From positions 1 through 64,000 of the IMG/VR virus record IMGVR_UViG_3300029922_000038: 64,000 nt of DNA, one strand, 5' to 3'. The stretch is from a virus. The notes under the pieces were generated by a model, which was given only the letters and a program-made list of their open reading frames with translations, made no database searches and was not told where the DNA came from. This document shows, piece after piece, positions 51,701 to 58,456 of the stretch. Made by a program: the position numbers and the translations under genes. Positions within the stretch are counted from its first letter, which is position 1. Every line of letters starts with the position of its first letter.

Positions 51701-53910
51701 TTCTTAGTTTCAATATCAGAAACAGATTGTGTTTTACTATCTATAAGTTCTTGAGTAGATTTTATTTGTTTTTCTAAAGAGTTTTTTATATTAAAATTAA
51801 GAGGATGGTTAGAATGACTATTATCAAACTTATCTTGTAATTCAGTTAATGTTTTATTAAGTTCTTCAATTCCACCTAAGTGTACATTTGCTTTAATGGC
51901 ATCAGGATTACCACCACTATATTTAAGTATATCCGTATTAACTTCAGAGAGTTTATCTCTTAATATCTTTTGCCTAAGAGCTTCTGTAAGGGCAATATCA
52001 TTATTAGGGAAAGCAGTTTTAACAGTATTATAAACAGCTTCTAAGTCTTTAGCTTTCTGTTTATATTCATCTGCTATTTCTTGTGGAGACATAGGATCTC
52101 CTGTTTGCTGATTTGTTTTAAAATCAGTAATACCTGCTTGTAAAAATTCATCTGGTTTCTTTTGCCCTTCTAAAGTAAGCTTATCTTGTAGAGACCTACC
52201 TAATCCAGCATCAAAATGAGCTTTTGCAAAATCAGCAAATTGTAATTTAGAATATATATCATAAGCATCATAATCTGGAGAAGATACTAATTCTCCAGTT
52301 TCAGGATGTACACTTTTTTGATTTAATGCTTCATTCTTTAGATTCTCCCACATATAATGGGTAGTAGCATCTTTTAATACTTTCTTACCTTGTTCATCTG
52401 TAACAGTAGTACCATCTTCATTTTTCTTATATATGTCTTCTCCAAAGAATTTCCCTACTTTATCTTTATAAGTATCTATTATTGCTTGATGATCAGTAGG
52501 TTCTTCATGTTCAAATGCTGCAAAAGGTAATCCTAATAAAAAACCTTGCAGCATTGTACTTGCATATTTAGGGTCTGAAAAATGTGAAAGAAGTTGTTGA
52601 AATACTTGAGCAGTAGCACCAAGGACATCAGTTCTTTCTTCTGACCTTTCTTCAGATACATCATTAATAGCTTGTTGTACACCCATTTTAGGGACTTGTA
52701 CAAGAGCATTTTTAAATAATTTACCTGTTTTAAGTGCCCCCTGTTCAAACTTATTTACACTTTGATTAGCTACATCTTCTTCTACATCTGAACCAAGTTT
52801 TCCTTCAAGTTCAGATAATATTTGACTACTTAATTTAGGACTTTTAAATAGAGAGCCATATTGAAATTCTGCTAATGGCAGCATAGCCATATTAAGTACA
52901 AAAGACTCTTTACCCGCAGCTAATGCTTTTTCTTGTATTTGGTCATTAGATAACTTTTGTTCATCTGGTAAACTATCATTTTTTTGTTTAAGTTGTTGTA
53001 GAACATCTATATATTCCCCTCTACCCATAAAACCAGCCATTGTATAAGCATTTATAGTAGAGGCTACATGTTTAGGTAATTGATTTAAGAATTGGGCTAC
53101 ACCTCTTGTAACAGGGTTTACACTTTCAGCAGAACCTTCAACAGATGATTTTAAAAGGGTAGAACCTAAATCAGAAATAGCAGATTTAGCTACCCCTGTT
53201 GACCAAACATTTACTCCTCCAGTTTCAGCGGCTTCACTTAATCCTTCTATAGCTTTTGTACCTTGTAAAGCTTTACTGCCTAAGCCTACCATACCTAATT
53301 TAGATACTAAAGCACCTGCCCCTAAACCTGTTAGCCAAGCAGAACCTATAAAAGAACCACCTTCCCCAAGTAAATCCCCAAATATAAATTTATTAGATAT
53401 AAGATTATCTAAAGACATAGAGGATTCTTGTTGAGTAGTAGTAGTTTGATAAATAGGAGTAGCATTTTCAGTTGCCTTATTTATACTTTCCCCCCATTGA
53501 ACTAATGGATTATCAATTACCTTACTAAAATCCATAGTAAGTAATCCTGGAATAGCTCCTGCAATATACCCAGCAGATTGTACTAAATTACCTGCCGTTT
53601 TACCTAATGCTCTCCCAAGACCATTTAGAGCTGCTTCTGGTGTAGTTTGATTATTAGCTCTTGCATCATTTAAACCAGAGTTTACAAATACTCCACCAGG
53701 AAGTTTTTTAGAATAATCATTTACATCTAAATTATAAACACCTTGTTTATCAGAAACATTTGGACTTTGATTAAATAAGTCAGTTGACTTTAACAAACTT
53801 GTTAATGGTGTACCATTAGAAGTATCAGTATTTTCAGGATTTGGTTTTTCAGGATCAGTAGTTACAGGAGTTGTATCTACTGGTTTCAATAGTGAATTTA
53901 TATCTGCCAT
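39718..53910 (-). CDS. giant virion RNA polymerase polyprotein with zincin-like domain
   Basis: RIP and GSDFDIDK (aa ~2663, nt 45910-45924), AVDxAK, HEALH (aa 3471); crAss-type virion RNAP signature. Confidence 0.9.
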   Translation of the reverse strand: MADINSLLKPVDTTPVTTDPEKPNPENTDTSNGTPLTSLLKSTDLFNQSPNVSDKQGVYNLDVNDYSKKLPGGVFVNSGLNDARANNQTTPEAALNGLGRALGKTAGNLVQSAGYIAGAIPGLLTMDFSKVIDNPLVQWGESINKATENATPIYQTTTTQQESSMSLDNLISNKFIFGDLLGEGGSFIGSAWLTGLGAGALVSKLGMVGLGSKALQGTKAIEGLSEAAETGGVNVWSTGVAKSAISDLGSTLLKSSVEGSAESVNPVTRGVAQFLNQLPKHVASTINAYTMAGFMGRGEYIDVLQQLKQKNDSLPDEQKLSNDQIQEKALAAGKESFVLNMAMLPLAEFQYGSLFKSPKLSSQILSELEGKLGSDVEEDVANQSVNKFEQGALKTGKLFKNALVQVPKMGVQQAINDVSEERSEERTDVLGATAQVFQQLLSHFSDPKYASTMLQGFLLGLPFAAFEHEEPTDHQAIIDTYKDKVGKFFGEDIYKKNEDGTTVTDEQGKKVLKDATTHYMWENLKNEALNQKSVHPETGELVSSPDYDAYDIYSKLQFADFAKAHFDAGLGRSLQDKLTLEGQKKPDEFLQAGITDFKTNQQTGDPMSPQEIADEYKQKAKDLEAVYNTVKTAFPNNDIALTEALRQKILRDKLSEVNTDILKYSGGNPDAIKANVHLGGIEELNKTLTELQDKFDNSHSNHPLNFNIKNSLEKQIKSTQELIDSKTQSVSDIETKNPDLEKNTDGTFKVDDPLAEHFTKQKAGLKAELENSLKISRDKFRDATDPETIKKNIEDTKQAIVEKNKQGVKDLKKEVKNETNKTKLVDLSNEISDEKPEVKKVITDRVEELDRKDNTKKTNKQSEIEDDTKNTGVNETEGTIGKGTPTSEEGITEADNQVGNPEGFLGDSGFIKSPVSEDKIIKGDVKNPNIEEEKVTNKNVTVGEKSQITNPITGKPLTDEEGKQVNVGAQAAFHSADFHVDTIIDTKGNEHYTIVRSFNEDGTPKIEQKYIQMSAPGSYEMGSEIELSLDTKHEDYEANKEDIYNVPIKITQEGKPDLYLHTKDWLNKNLGTSDELKDRNESIFKEHALIRDWLIKNPGKTLKSVINDKSIGYRNILEEGTTNTPTEAFGKNNLNRFEDGELAIVKANGLLQGSDKTITNQAIAGTVVMVTKTPVQDVNFGHILDIAKISNNDKSLILGAINTYLKHQGNTIINGYNVGSLKGLQDFIKQFTYVSDDFKNLKLNSQTFNISLVNDKLIINYGTSGKFVEGESYDESKYNLDQHNTSITTVLDSKTHTVKADLIDSKDEYNHSQVDENGSHIVKNYPNYMDFLLKNNILSTDLSPIIQKDGSRSYFVQPTVTFDTDILPSEIKPIEEPITTHVAGVEPTKVEETTHQFTPKRGKTNEVITTLNKTLSAESPVPSLNIKDYKLENVSLSQQSQIVDELTYHFLDQVNNKGESVADAFDNVYDIFLNSLNSKTTNDSAKPFITLALAHWDAKEDGFIGFKSLIEQNLNNFKTSIKGETLSEEERVAGINYSDGASLKINPKDSASANMRKFMYFIPEMDKEGKPVESILGTQKFQDYTALYNRVLMHLVDTPSYNILGKLQELAAKNPNLKALYDKLTGGGDIQKADIQLINEFNTNFRKKLSDYDSVLLDNKKGEMAAYIQNASKSGLTNRISERWKNQLLGSEYIKSSETGENRGGYQINTDKAKELLNSYTKLVNSATPNGYYSDEQMADIAKHFNEVGIDVTPKMLRNVSGDKENIKYNPNDDTKRPLTDKEIFSGKLIYIFQRLAGLKSDEKNTDDLFDKNNPFSTETSSLNMLARAAAKEESDNWGASYRNGEGNSVFLINKTTYQSDTLNNLQSTGRAAELEQTAFATNNPLIKSFVRDTERAKNFVIKLFDTTDMWGSKEDPITKGDMNDKVRQLTQLVLFQNQGTNYGKFTGYTLSDKSMTQSINDAKVNIDGWNFQDGKYNFPEHVIDNFYNAVAGEMYRVRQTAKQIEQAEDTTTKEEDKTFTKKQYLQNYHTGAKAGLKFFLFPSMNDSISEKPGDIGLYLKNGKINPEVFKVSPEAFDKISGKQETQVPFAHDIMNHVKDIIRTELDGMVKQTIEDWRKSGIISNNKSGIEDILGDKSYKQDVIKNSASTNIADKLQDVIKHSAVDFLVNDAINKANLLATLFNDPAQFGKKSIQETLDNFHKRAAMQIAPREVPNFGKGETRKVIYLKDFYPKFISDDLDGKVLNETLDQYKEKNAINATDAQELSTRKEYLYGQYKMGKIEPSIYNSIISKIDKSVEDGSHHIELSPEEDIHLQPNKPVDTSSDIDNGINKAIYNKTSQAVLSQDITEGHSMDALRKMMEKYDIASAIYESGAKLGMQSPISIWDEDGNIVDNLEDLIANNSVTIPREGWGIQQDMPHHDDNTIAQPTQERVNLFADLSDDFKIGDTTIGELRTPYNEAHSWLINNAHTKLNEEWGVKDGQLKDLTKLSNYLIKQGESLGWNPNELAALKINSATGKFAIDMAYSTKAEKIEPMITSLISNNLMDIQLPGHSYIQTSSVGYKRLGYQLIDPKDNSRYSEIALPWRFKDKEGNLLDYTKYINKDGTPKEGMMDDELHFHIGMRIPHLPHNSTMRFKVVRYLDPRHQDMALVPHEIVKQMGSDFDIDKLYNLTYNYDLEEDGKLSKVDSNQDTVESKQNKIIDINHKIAGSEELLNKTMSPADFSNLKTESDRIDALINKDTKQGSILYWGTTDKVFKDNKAGKDITAMAASSLRNHTLSQETSLHIAQGLEDKNGNTHDDAVLFKQDNGSIYHDNSEIRKGAYILNKTQGFNGKPISSYIGEILQSAVDQAKAQILAKAGINTFTFGVNELLNKTGFDETFTVPFLRQPSIENYISKLESLNDPTLSFEDKLTKRQLTDKTLADLKSRGVTEVKALSRQEMNDSLTNGDTKVQNQALYNFIAYDKIAGDMTTLKSAMTPASQGLGKSISDVKLANEKISSILQDGLPHINGGNEFFAKDGQRTREGNIIKTGLDAAETLGTLFPYYTKSYEGFENSFLKEVGKSNFLTSKVYDLMHTNMKASSFTKEGFISNDIEGDRKRLNVSEYTLDENGNKIYSNKSLAIRVMEARTKDPWLDRLASGIKLSKSYGNPDEINYDAAKAEDDNTSFDNSLKWYNAIHSKDPEVREIAKDLITYSYLNGGVQSRSSFVKYIPIDWAKENLISEKGKIDFNDSLAFNRVQRQVFQHNPTQATRVKQDVTQITDVKGKDGDIDSFKLKNLDSNDMVSFRRDKVNDVWQAPKYLSRYSKTSNKYRLYEDREDGVYQKINTLGTGNMYEYSFDKDVNHSLYKENNIDSYQKVENNTLPGADIPEKQPTNFKELPTAYQLGQKYHLDGGKTEDTLRAIIEDPATPAYKELASLILPKIGDMKNEFTTLKVKGSAHVGQESGDTTLKFNPLEEENEGRQQETIFHEALHGLTLKDLHDYYDGKITDIKKVTAIKSLEKLYEFVDKNQDKIQLHRGTEVGGEDNTKALLDHIFNNAHDKGSDNKQYGIGELISYGLSDPRLQRELNNLEYGGKSILQRIVDLIKTIVFPNLKEGSALSELVSNVLKLTSLDGEKEKQNIVEPEKIDTGLSQIKYALSNPSEVDRGSGNKVIELLGDKNPIISNLYGKINKTEQYKQTVLDNPNATPGEKAKIAIANWVEDNLEGRKTDFQENWNKLKEVLNKKLEDVNLTAESPSFKDENKKDKYDSITDPGIRKVLMQLENQKRTWENQKVITSNEVTAKDEALQNINVQIKKLVAKQDLQSVLSLSNDNLTKANQLINGNPTSHNLKIAKIYMGGYDSLLKSFDHSEDNPESEAVGKFLVKFSDAEKRLLSAQRIVALKEGNNTFGNIYKEDMFNADKDTGWAGSRFVNSSLSHNANERLVQRYISESTQDGENESHDIKKKLEEYNKDLTKSLGKDFHDRITRTGLDNKKELITRTGLEYYIKEKEIQDEINKGDKSKIGELSLFRLNNKYRIDINKVKNGETDDRFSEDSHARQKELLDKYEEDRTNYIKHLDNTLDIEFGETKSENEAVYLKAKTDRLKEWEHENSPFIRYSTENDIRNGEANTKALWKKGGQKYLIPEKVNDEWVESKYNALESNPKLQEYYKYLFSLREKYDPYLDMGKSMKKSDLPELARPLMKNLFDVDGVFGRLKKEAQDTLYKDAVDHTNDAIDPATNKPIARLRNGMMGDKLSQEDRLDDIPTIFKKYVEMGAAVKVKTEVEDAILNGLDVIRNQENIKGNKDLKHTIERAEYSVDAFYGNRKAEEMEGKPDENGKVFSGAKAIDALLHTTVFTRLAMNPLAAITRHTLLGITNRIHASYGTDFSTKEYRKAGLITNSVNKETRAKFNDMMQKMGTIGEFEEIGQSKAKGVMNKLMFMMKNQEIIGQGRMMVAALLHMPVSNDKGETYYIDAKGKQQFYNLWDARTSTGFKPEFSHLEDSRIMKDAALRVKKLSEIIHGNYHNAYAVLAKKNAIGRLAFTFRNWIPNTFNNRLAESYYDEDLGREFKGRWLSIRDMYRANNNSITKSMQSFFKIAKNQLLNRDTEIDGLSPVDIANMRANIKEMMLMSTMLIAFMAIKKDKDKNHPKMLTYMSNILHRNLDELSFYYNPGSFVDMSKNVIPAVQTVTNFGKIFHAVGQYASTGKDKITGGEYSGQSRIGRAVKKALPLTDQVLSTEESLTKTY

Positions 53911-53912
53911 TT

Positions 53913-56081
53913 TTATTGATTTGTGGTTAAGTACAGTTTATTTCTTACATCTGTTTGACTTAATCCATTATAAGGTACATATTTTCCATCTGAATCTTTA
54001 TAAGTAACTGGTTTTCCATCACTGCCATAAAGAGTATATACTTCTTGAGTTTTTCCAGTAGGATTTTTAATCTTTGACTTATTCATATAAAATCCTTCTC
54101 CAGACATTCCATTAATATTTAGATCAAATTTTCTACTATCCCCATAGCCACCTTGACCCTGATAATCATCTTCTAATTTATCATTAATGACATTACCAAA
54201 AGCAGCATGGGAACTCATATTTAACCCTCTTTGATAATTTGCTCTTTGAGAAACATCATCTTGCTTATAATATTTTTTCATTAAATAATTACCTACTGTT
54301 GCTTCATCTTCTGTATTCTTAGGATAAATAGGTACAGTGGCTACTGTTCTTTCATTCTTATCTTTTATAGTAAGTTGATGGGCATAGATACCATCAATAG
54401 GTTGATCTAATGCGGATACATGTAATGTACCACCTTCTTTTGGCATTTTATCATTAACAAATTGGTCTAATTGAGTACCATCAGGAAGTATATAATTAGT
54501 AGAATTTTCAGTTACCCTTTTAGTAAGTGGTTCATTTACATCTTTATCAAAAGTAGTTCCTGTTAATACATTTGCAGTATATGCTTTTGGATTACTATTT
54601 TGTACTTCCATACCACCCTTAGATAAATAATCTTTTGTCTGTTGAACAGTTTGATTATAAAATCCAAGTAAATTAGGATTACTTTTAAATCTATCTGTCC
54701 AATTATATCCTTTATTTACAGCAGCTTCAAATTCTCCATATGTAGGTTGATTAGGATTATTACCAAAATCTCCATTTTTACTAAGAGTAAGCATAGTTTG
54801 ATATGCTTTTTGTAAAGCATTTTTACCATCTGAACTGTTTGCATATTGATTGGCTGCATTTTTTAATGTAGAATTTTGAATATCTACAATATTTTGAAGT
54901 TCTTGTCTTCTTTGTCTATCTTGGGGATTACCAGATTGTCCATTATTAGTAAGAGTATTAAGATTTTTAAGCTCTTCCTGATTAGCTTTTACTCCTGCTT
55001 GAATTTGATCTCCTGTTTGAATAGAACCAGCAGTAGCTGCATTTTCATTAGGAAATATTAGATCTGGATTATCTTTTTTATCTTGTTTATTTTTTTGTGC
55101 TTCTTCCCAAGCAGGATCAAATCTCCAACTTCTTTCTACATTAGTAAATCCATATTTATTGGATGCAAAATTAGCACCTTCATTCATTCTTCTTTGTGGG
55201 TCTAAATAATTAATAAATTGATTATCTGAAAGATTTGGATGTTTAGCTCTTAATTCATTTGCATAATCTTCTGGTTTTTCTTTACCTGAAAGACCATTAG
55301 TAGCAATATATGATTCTAAATTAGGATATTTAGAACCTGGATTATTTAATCTTGTATCTTGATTAAGGTATGAGTTTACTTCAGGGTCAGCATTTAATGC
55401 TTTTAAAGCGGCATCTCTAATTTCAGAAGGGCTTGCAGATTCTACTGTTTTTTGAGTATATACTTGTGCCCCACTTGGAAGAGTACTTAATACTGGAATA
55501 CTTTGATTTTTATCTGATTTCCAACCTTCAATTAATTTAGCTGCTTTCTCATCAATATTAACTTCTTTTGTTGGAAGAATACCACTATATCTATTATATA
55601 CACCATTAGCACCACCATCCCCAATACCTTGATAATTATGTTCTGCTTCTGCTTTTAATTTACTTCCTGTTTCTGGACTAATGTTTCCCTTAGTAACTGC
55701 ATCATCAACTTCTTTATAATAAGCACTTGTAGAGGCTACATTACCTTGCATAGCTGCAAGTCTACCCATAGTCATATCTTTATGTATTCTATTGGTAATC
55801 ATTGATACTTGTGGGCCTATCTTCTCATATGCTCCATTATTATCTTTAACTGTTTGTGCTAATTGGTCAGTATATCCACCTAAAATTTTATTTCTTTCAG
55901 GTATATCCTGATCTTTTGCATCTACATGTAATAGATTATCTTCATCATATAATGCCTTATTGGCACTATATTTATCATCTAATGTTTTACCTAATACAGC
56001 AAGTTCATCAATAGGGGCAGGTATATAATTACTTTTATATTGGTTATATGTAAAATCATCAAAATTTATAGGTTGCTCCAT
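53913..56081 (-). CDS. putative virion cargo (ejected) protein
   Basis: 722 aa between cargo and RNAP genes; function from gene order. Confidence 0.7.
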   Translation of the reverse strand: MEQPINFDDFTYNQYKSNYIPAPIDELAVLGKTLDDKYSANKALYDEDNLLHVDAKDQDIPERNKILGGYTDQLAQTVKDNNGAYEKIGPQVSMITNRIHKDMTMGRLAAMQGNVASTSAYYKEVDDAVTKGNISPETGSKLKAEAEHNYQGIGDGGANGVYNRYSGILPTKEVNIDEKAAKLIEGWKSDKNQSIPVLSTLPSGAQVYTQKTVESASPSEIRDAALKALNADPEVNSYLNQDTRLNNPGSKYPNLESYIATNGLSGKEKPEDYANELRAKHPNLSDNQFINYLDPQRRMNEGANFASNKYGFTNVERSWRFDPAWEEAQKNKQDKKDNPDLIFPNENAATAGSIQTGDQIQAGVKANQEELKNLNTLTNNGQSGNPQDRQRRQELQNIVDIQNSTLKNAANQYANSSDGKNALQKAYQTMLTLSKNGDFGNNPNQPTYGEFEAAVNKGYNWTDRFKSNPNLLGFYNQTVQQTKDYLSKGGMEVQNSNPKAYTANVLTGTTFDKDVNEPLTKRVTENSTNYILPDGTQLDQFVNDKMPKEGGTLHVSALDQPIDGIYAHQLTIKDKNERTVATVPIYPKNTEDEATVGNYLMKKYYKQDDVSQRANYQRGLNMSSHAAFGNVINDKLEDDYQGQGGYGDSRKFDLNINGMSGEGFYMNKSKIKNPTGKTQEVYTLYGSDGKPVTYKDSDGKYVPYNGLSQTDVRNKLYLTTNQ

Positions 56082-56082
56082 A

Positions 56083-58452
56083 TTAATTCAAATTTTGCGT
56101 TTGGTTAGGGTAAGCAATTTTCATTTTAGCTTTTAAAGCTGCTGATAAAGTAGGCCAAGATTTTTCAAGTCCTGTCCTATCTAATTCTCCTTCATTGTTA
56201 AATATACCAGCTACAATTAATGCTTTTTTACTATCGGCATCTATTAAATCTTGGTCATGATTTTGATTATAATATTTAGTAGCAGCGTCATCAACATTAT
56301 TAGAAAGTGATTTGTTAATAGACATTAATCTTGCTGTTTTTAAATAATTATAATCATTAGTAGTTTTATTATTACCTTGGTCTATCCCACTATTTTCAAG
56401 TACTTGTTGGTTATCTATACCATTTTTATAATTAGCAGCATTTGCATATACTTTATTCTTTTCATCTTGTGATTTAGAATATAAATCTCCAGCAGTTGCC
56501 CTATATACACTTCCTGAATTAGTTCTACCAGCAATAGCATTAAGAGTACCTCTTGCACTATTGTTAATATCATCTAATTGAGGTTGTATTTCTAATCTAT
56601 TATTAAGAGCAATATGATTATTTAATACTGGATTTGCGTATTTAGGAGTATTTGCAGTTAGTATAGCATTTGTGATATTAGAAGCATAAGGAATTAATTT
56701 CTTAGCATCAAATCCATTATTAGTAGTATTTGGATTAGAAATTCCTACTGGGCCTACCATAGCAGGAGTTAATCCAGCTAAAGAGGGATTTTGATTTCCA
56801 AGAGGATTAGTATCTACAGGTCTTACAGGAGACCAACTATTATATCTATTCTGTGTATCAATTGGATTAACTTCTGGATATATATTACCATTAGTTATAT
56901 TATTTGCATATATAGAGGGAGTATCAGCATTAATAGGTTGACCAGTTCTTGTATCTAAAGTATTACTATTAGTACTAATTGTTTGAGCAGGGCCAACATA
57001 CCCATTCATTGATAAATCTGTTAAATCTGGTTGGCTGTTAGGTAATACTGGAGACCAAGTAGTTCCACCATCATCAAATTTACCTACATACCCACCTTCA
57101 GCAAATTTTCTATTTGCAAATTGTTGTCTTTTATTCTGATCAGATTTAAGATTAGATTCTATCTCTTTTCTTTTAATAAGGTCAGCACCTATATATTTAC
57201 TTCTCATATGGGCAGGTATAATAGTATTACCTTTTTGAGCAATAGTATTACCTTGTGGGTTCATAGAACCATCATTAGGATGTTTAGGTTTATTACTAAA
57301 ATCAGTTATCATTCTACCACCTTTAGTTTCAAGTTCATTCTTTTCTACATTAATAGTAGTATTTGGGGATACTTGCCCCCCATTAGCAAATTTATTGCCA
57401 TATGCAGGAGGAGGAAGATTTTGAAGAGTATTTTGAGGTTGCATAGCTTTTAATTTCTCTTGCTGAACATCATAATCATTTTTACCTTTAAAAAAGCCAC
57501 CTATACCACCTACAAGAGCACCACCAATAGCACCTATGGGGACAGATAATCCAGCAGTTAATGGAGCAAGTGCTAATCCAGCAGTAACCCCTGTAGCAGC
57601 ACCTGAAAGTGCTCCAGTAGCTGCATCTGCTCCTTCTATACTACCACCATCATCAAATTTATAAACCTTACCTCCTTGAGCAAATAAAGGGTTAGTTTGA
57701 GGTAATCTATATGCCATAGCTGCTTGAGGAGACATTACACCAGCTTTTTTTAATCTATTAGCTCCTTGTTCAGCTATTACATTCATAGAATTACCTATTT
57801 GAATAGGGGTATTAGGAAGATAAGGTTTAGATAGAGAAATATTAGACATTGGTTGTACATTACCACCATCTGCCCTAATCATATTTTCTTCAGGGTTAGG
57901 GAAAGTTATAGATGGCCCATTTAATCTATTATTTTCATACCAAGGAGCTTGTTTACCAAAAGATCCTGGATTAGAAGACATTGGTATAGGAGTACTTGCA
58001 TTATAGTCAGGAGTATATTTAACAAAATTATCACCATCCCAATGACCTTTTGGTAAATCCTTAACCATATTTGCATATTGGCTTTCGTTACTAAAAGTTT
58101 CATGGTTAGGCTTCTTAAAAGTATCTGGAAAATGTCCATTTCCACCATCCCTATTAATACCTGCTAAGAAAGCACCTTTATAATCATAATCATAACCATT
58201 ACCCTCTTTATCAAAATCACTAACTCCATTTTTATTTAACCAATTCTGATAAGTATCATGATATTTTTCGTCTAATGGGGTATCAAATGTTTGAGTAGGA
58301 AGGTTTTTTAAATCTTTTAATGATGTAATAACACCACCATCTGCAAATAGTCTTTGTTTCTTAGGTTTACCAGCAGCAAAAGGTTGATTACCAAAGAAGT
58401 TCTGGTCTACTACTCCACCAGCATCATATTTTTTTAGTTTTTTTAGTTTCAT
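56083..58452 (-). CDS. putative virion cargo protein with glycine-zipper TM and repeated xxGG motifs
   Basis: GAATGVTAG...GAIGGALVGGIGG; EKNE; eight FxxGG-like motifs. Confidence 0.75.
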   Translation of the reverse strand: MKLKKLKKYDAGGVVDQNFFGNQPFAAGKPKKQRLFADGGVITSLKDLKNLPTQTFDTPLDEKYHDTYQNWLNKNGVSDFDKEGNGYDYDYKGAFLAGINRDGGNGHFPDTFKKPNHETFSNESQYANMVKDLPKGHWDGDNFVKYTPDYNASTPIPMSSNPGSFGKQAPWYENNRLNGPSITFPNPEENMIRADGGNVQPMSNISLSKPYLPNTPIQIGNSMNVIAEQGANRLKKAGVMSPQAAMAYRLPQTNPLFAQGGKVYKFDDGGSIEGADAATGALSGAATGVTAGLALAPLTAGLSVPIGAIGGALVGGIGGFFKGKNDYDVQQEKLKAMQPQNTLQNLPPPAYGNKFANGGQVSPNTTINVEKNELETKGGRMITDFSNKPKHPNDGSMNPQGNTIAQKGNTIIPAHMRSKYIGADLIKRKEIESNLKSDQNKRQQFANRKFAEGGYVGKFDDGGTTWSPVLPNSQPDLTDLSMNGYVGPAQTISTNSNTLDTRTGQPINADTPSIYANNITNGNIYPEVNPIDTQNRYNSWSPVRPVDTNPLGNQNPSLAGLTPAMVGPVGISNPNTTNNGFDAKKLIPYASNITNAILTANTPKYANPVLNNHIALNNRLEIQPQLDDINNSARGTLNAIAGRTNSGSVYRATAGDLYSKSQDEKNKVYANAANYKNGIDNQQVLENSGIDQGNNKTTNDYNYLKTARLMSINKSLSNNVDDAATKYYNQNHDQDLIDADSKKALIVAGIFNNEGELDRTGLEKSWPTLSAALKAKMKIAYPNQTQNLN

Positions 58453-58456
58453 AAGA

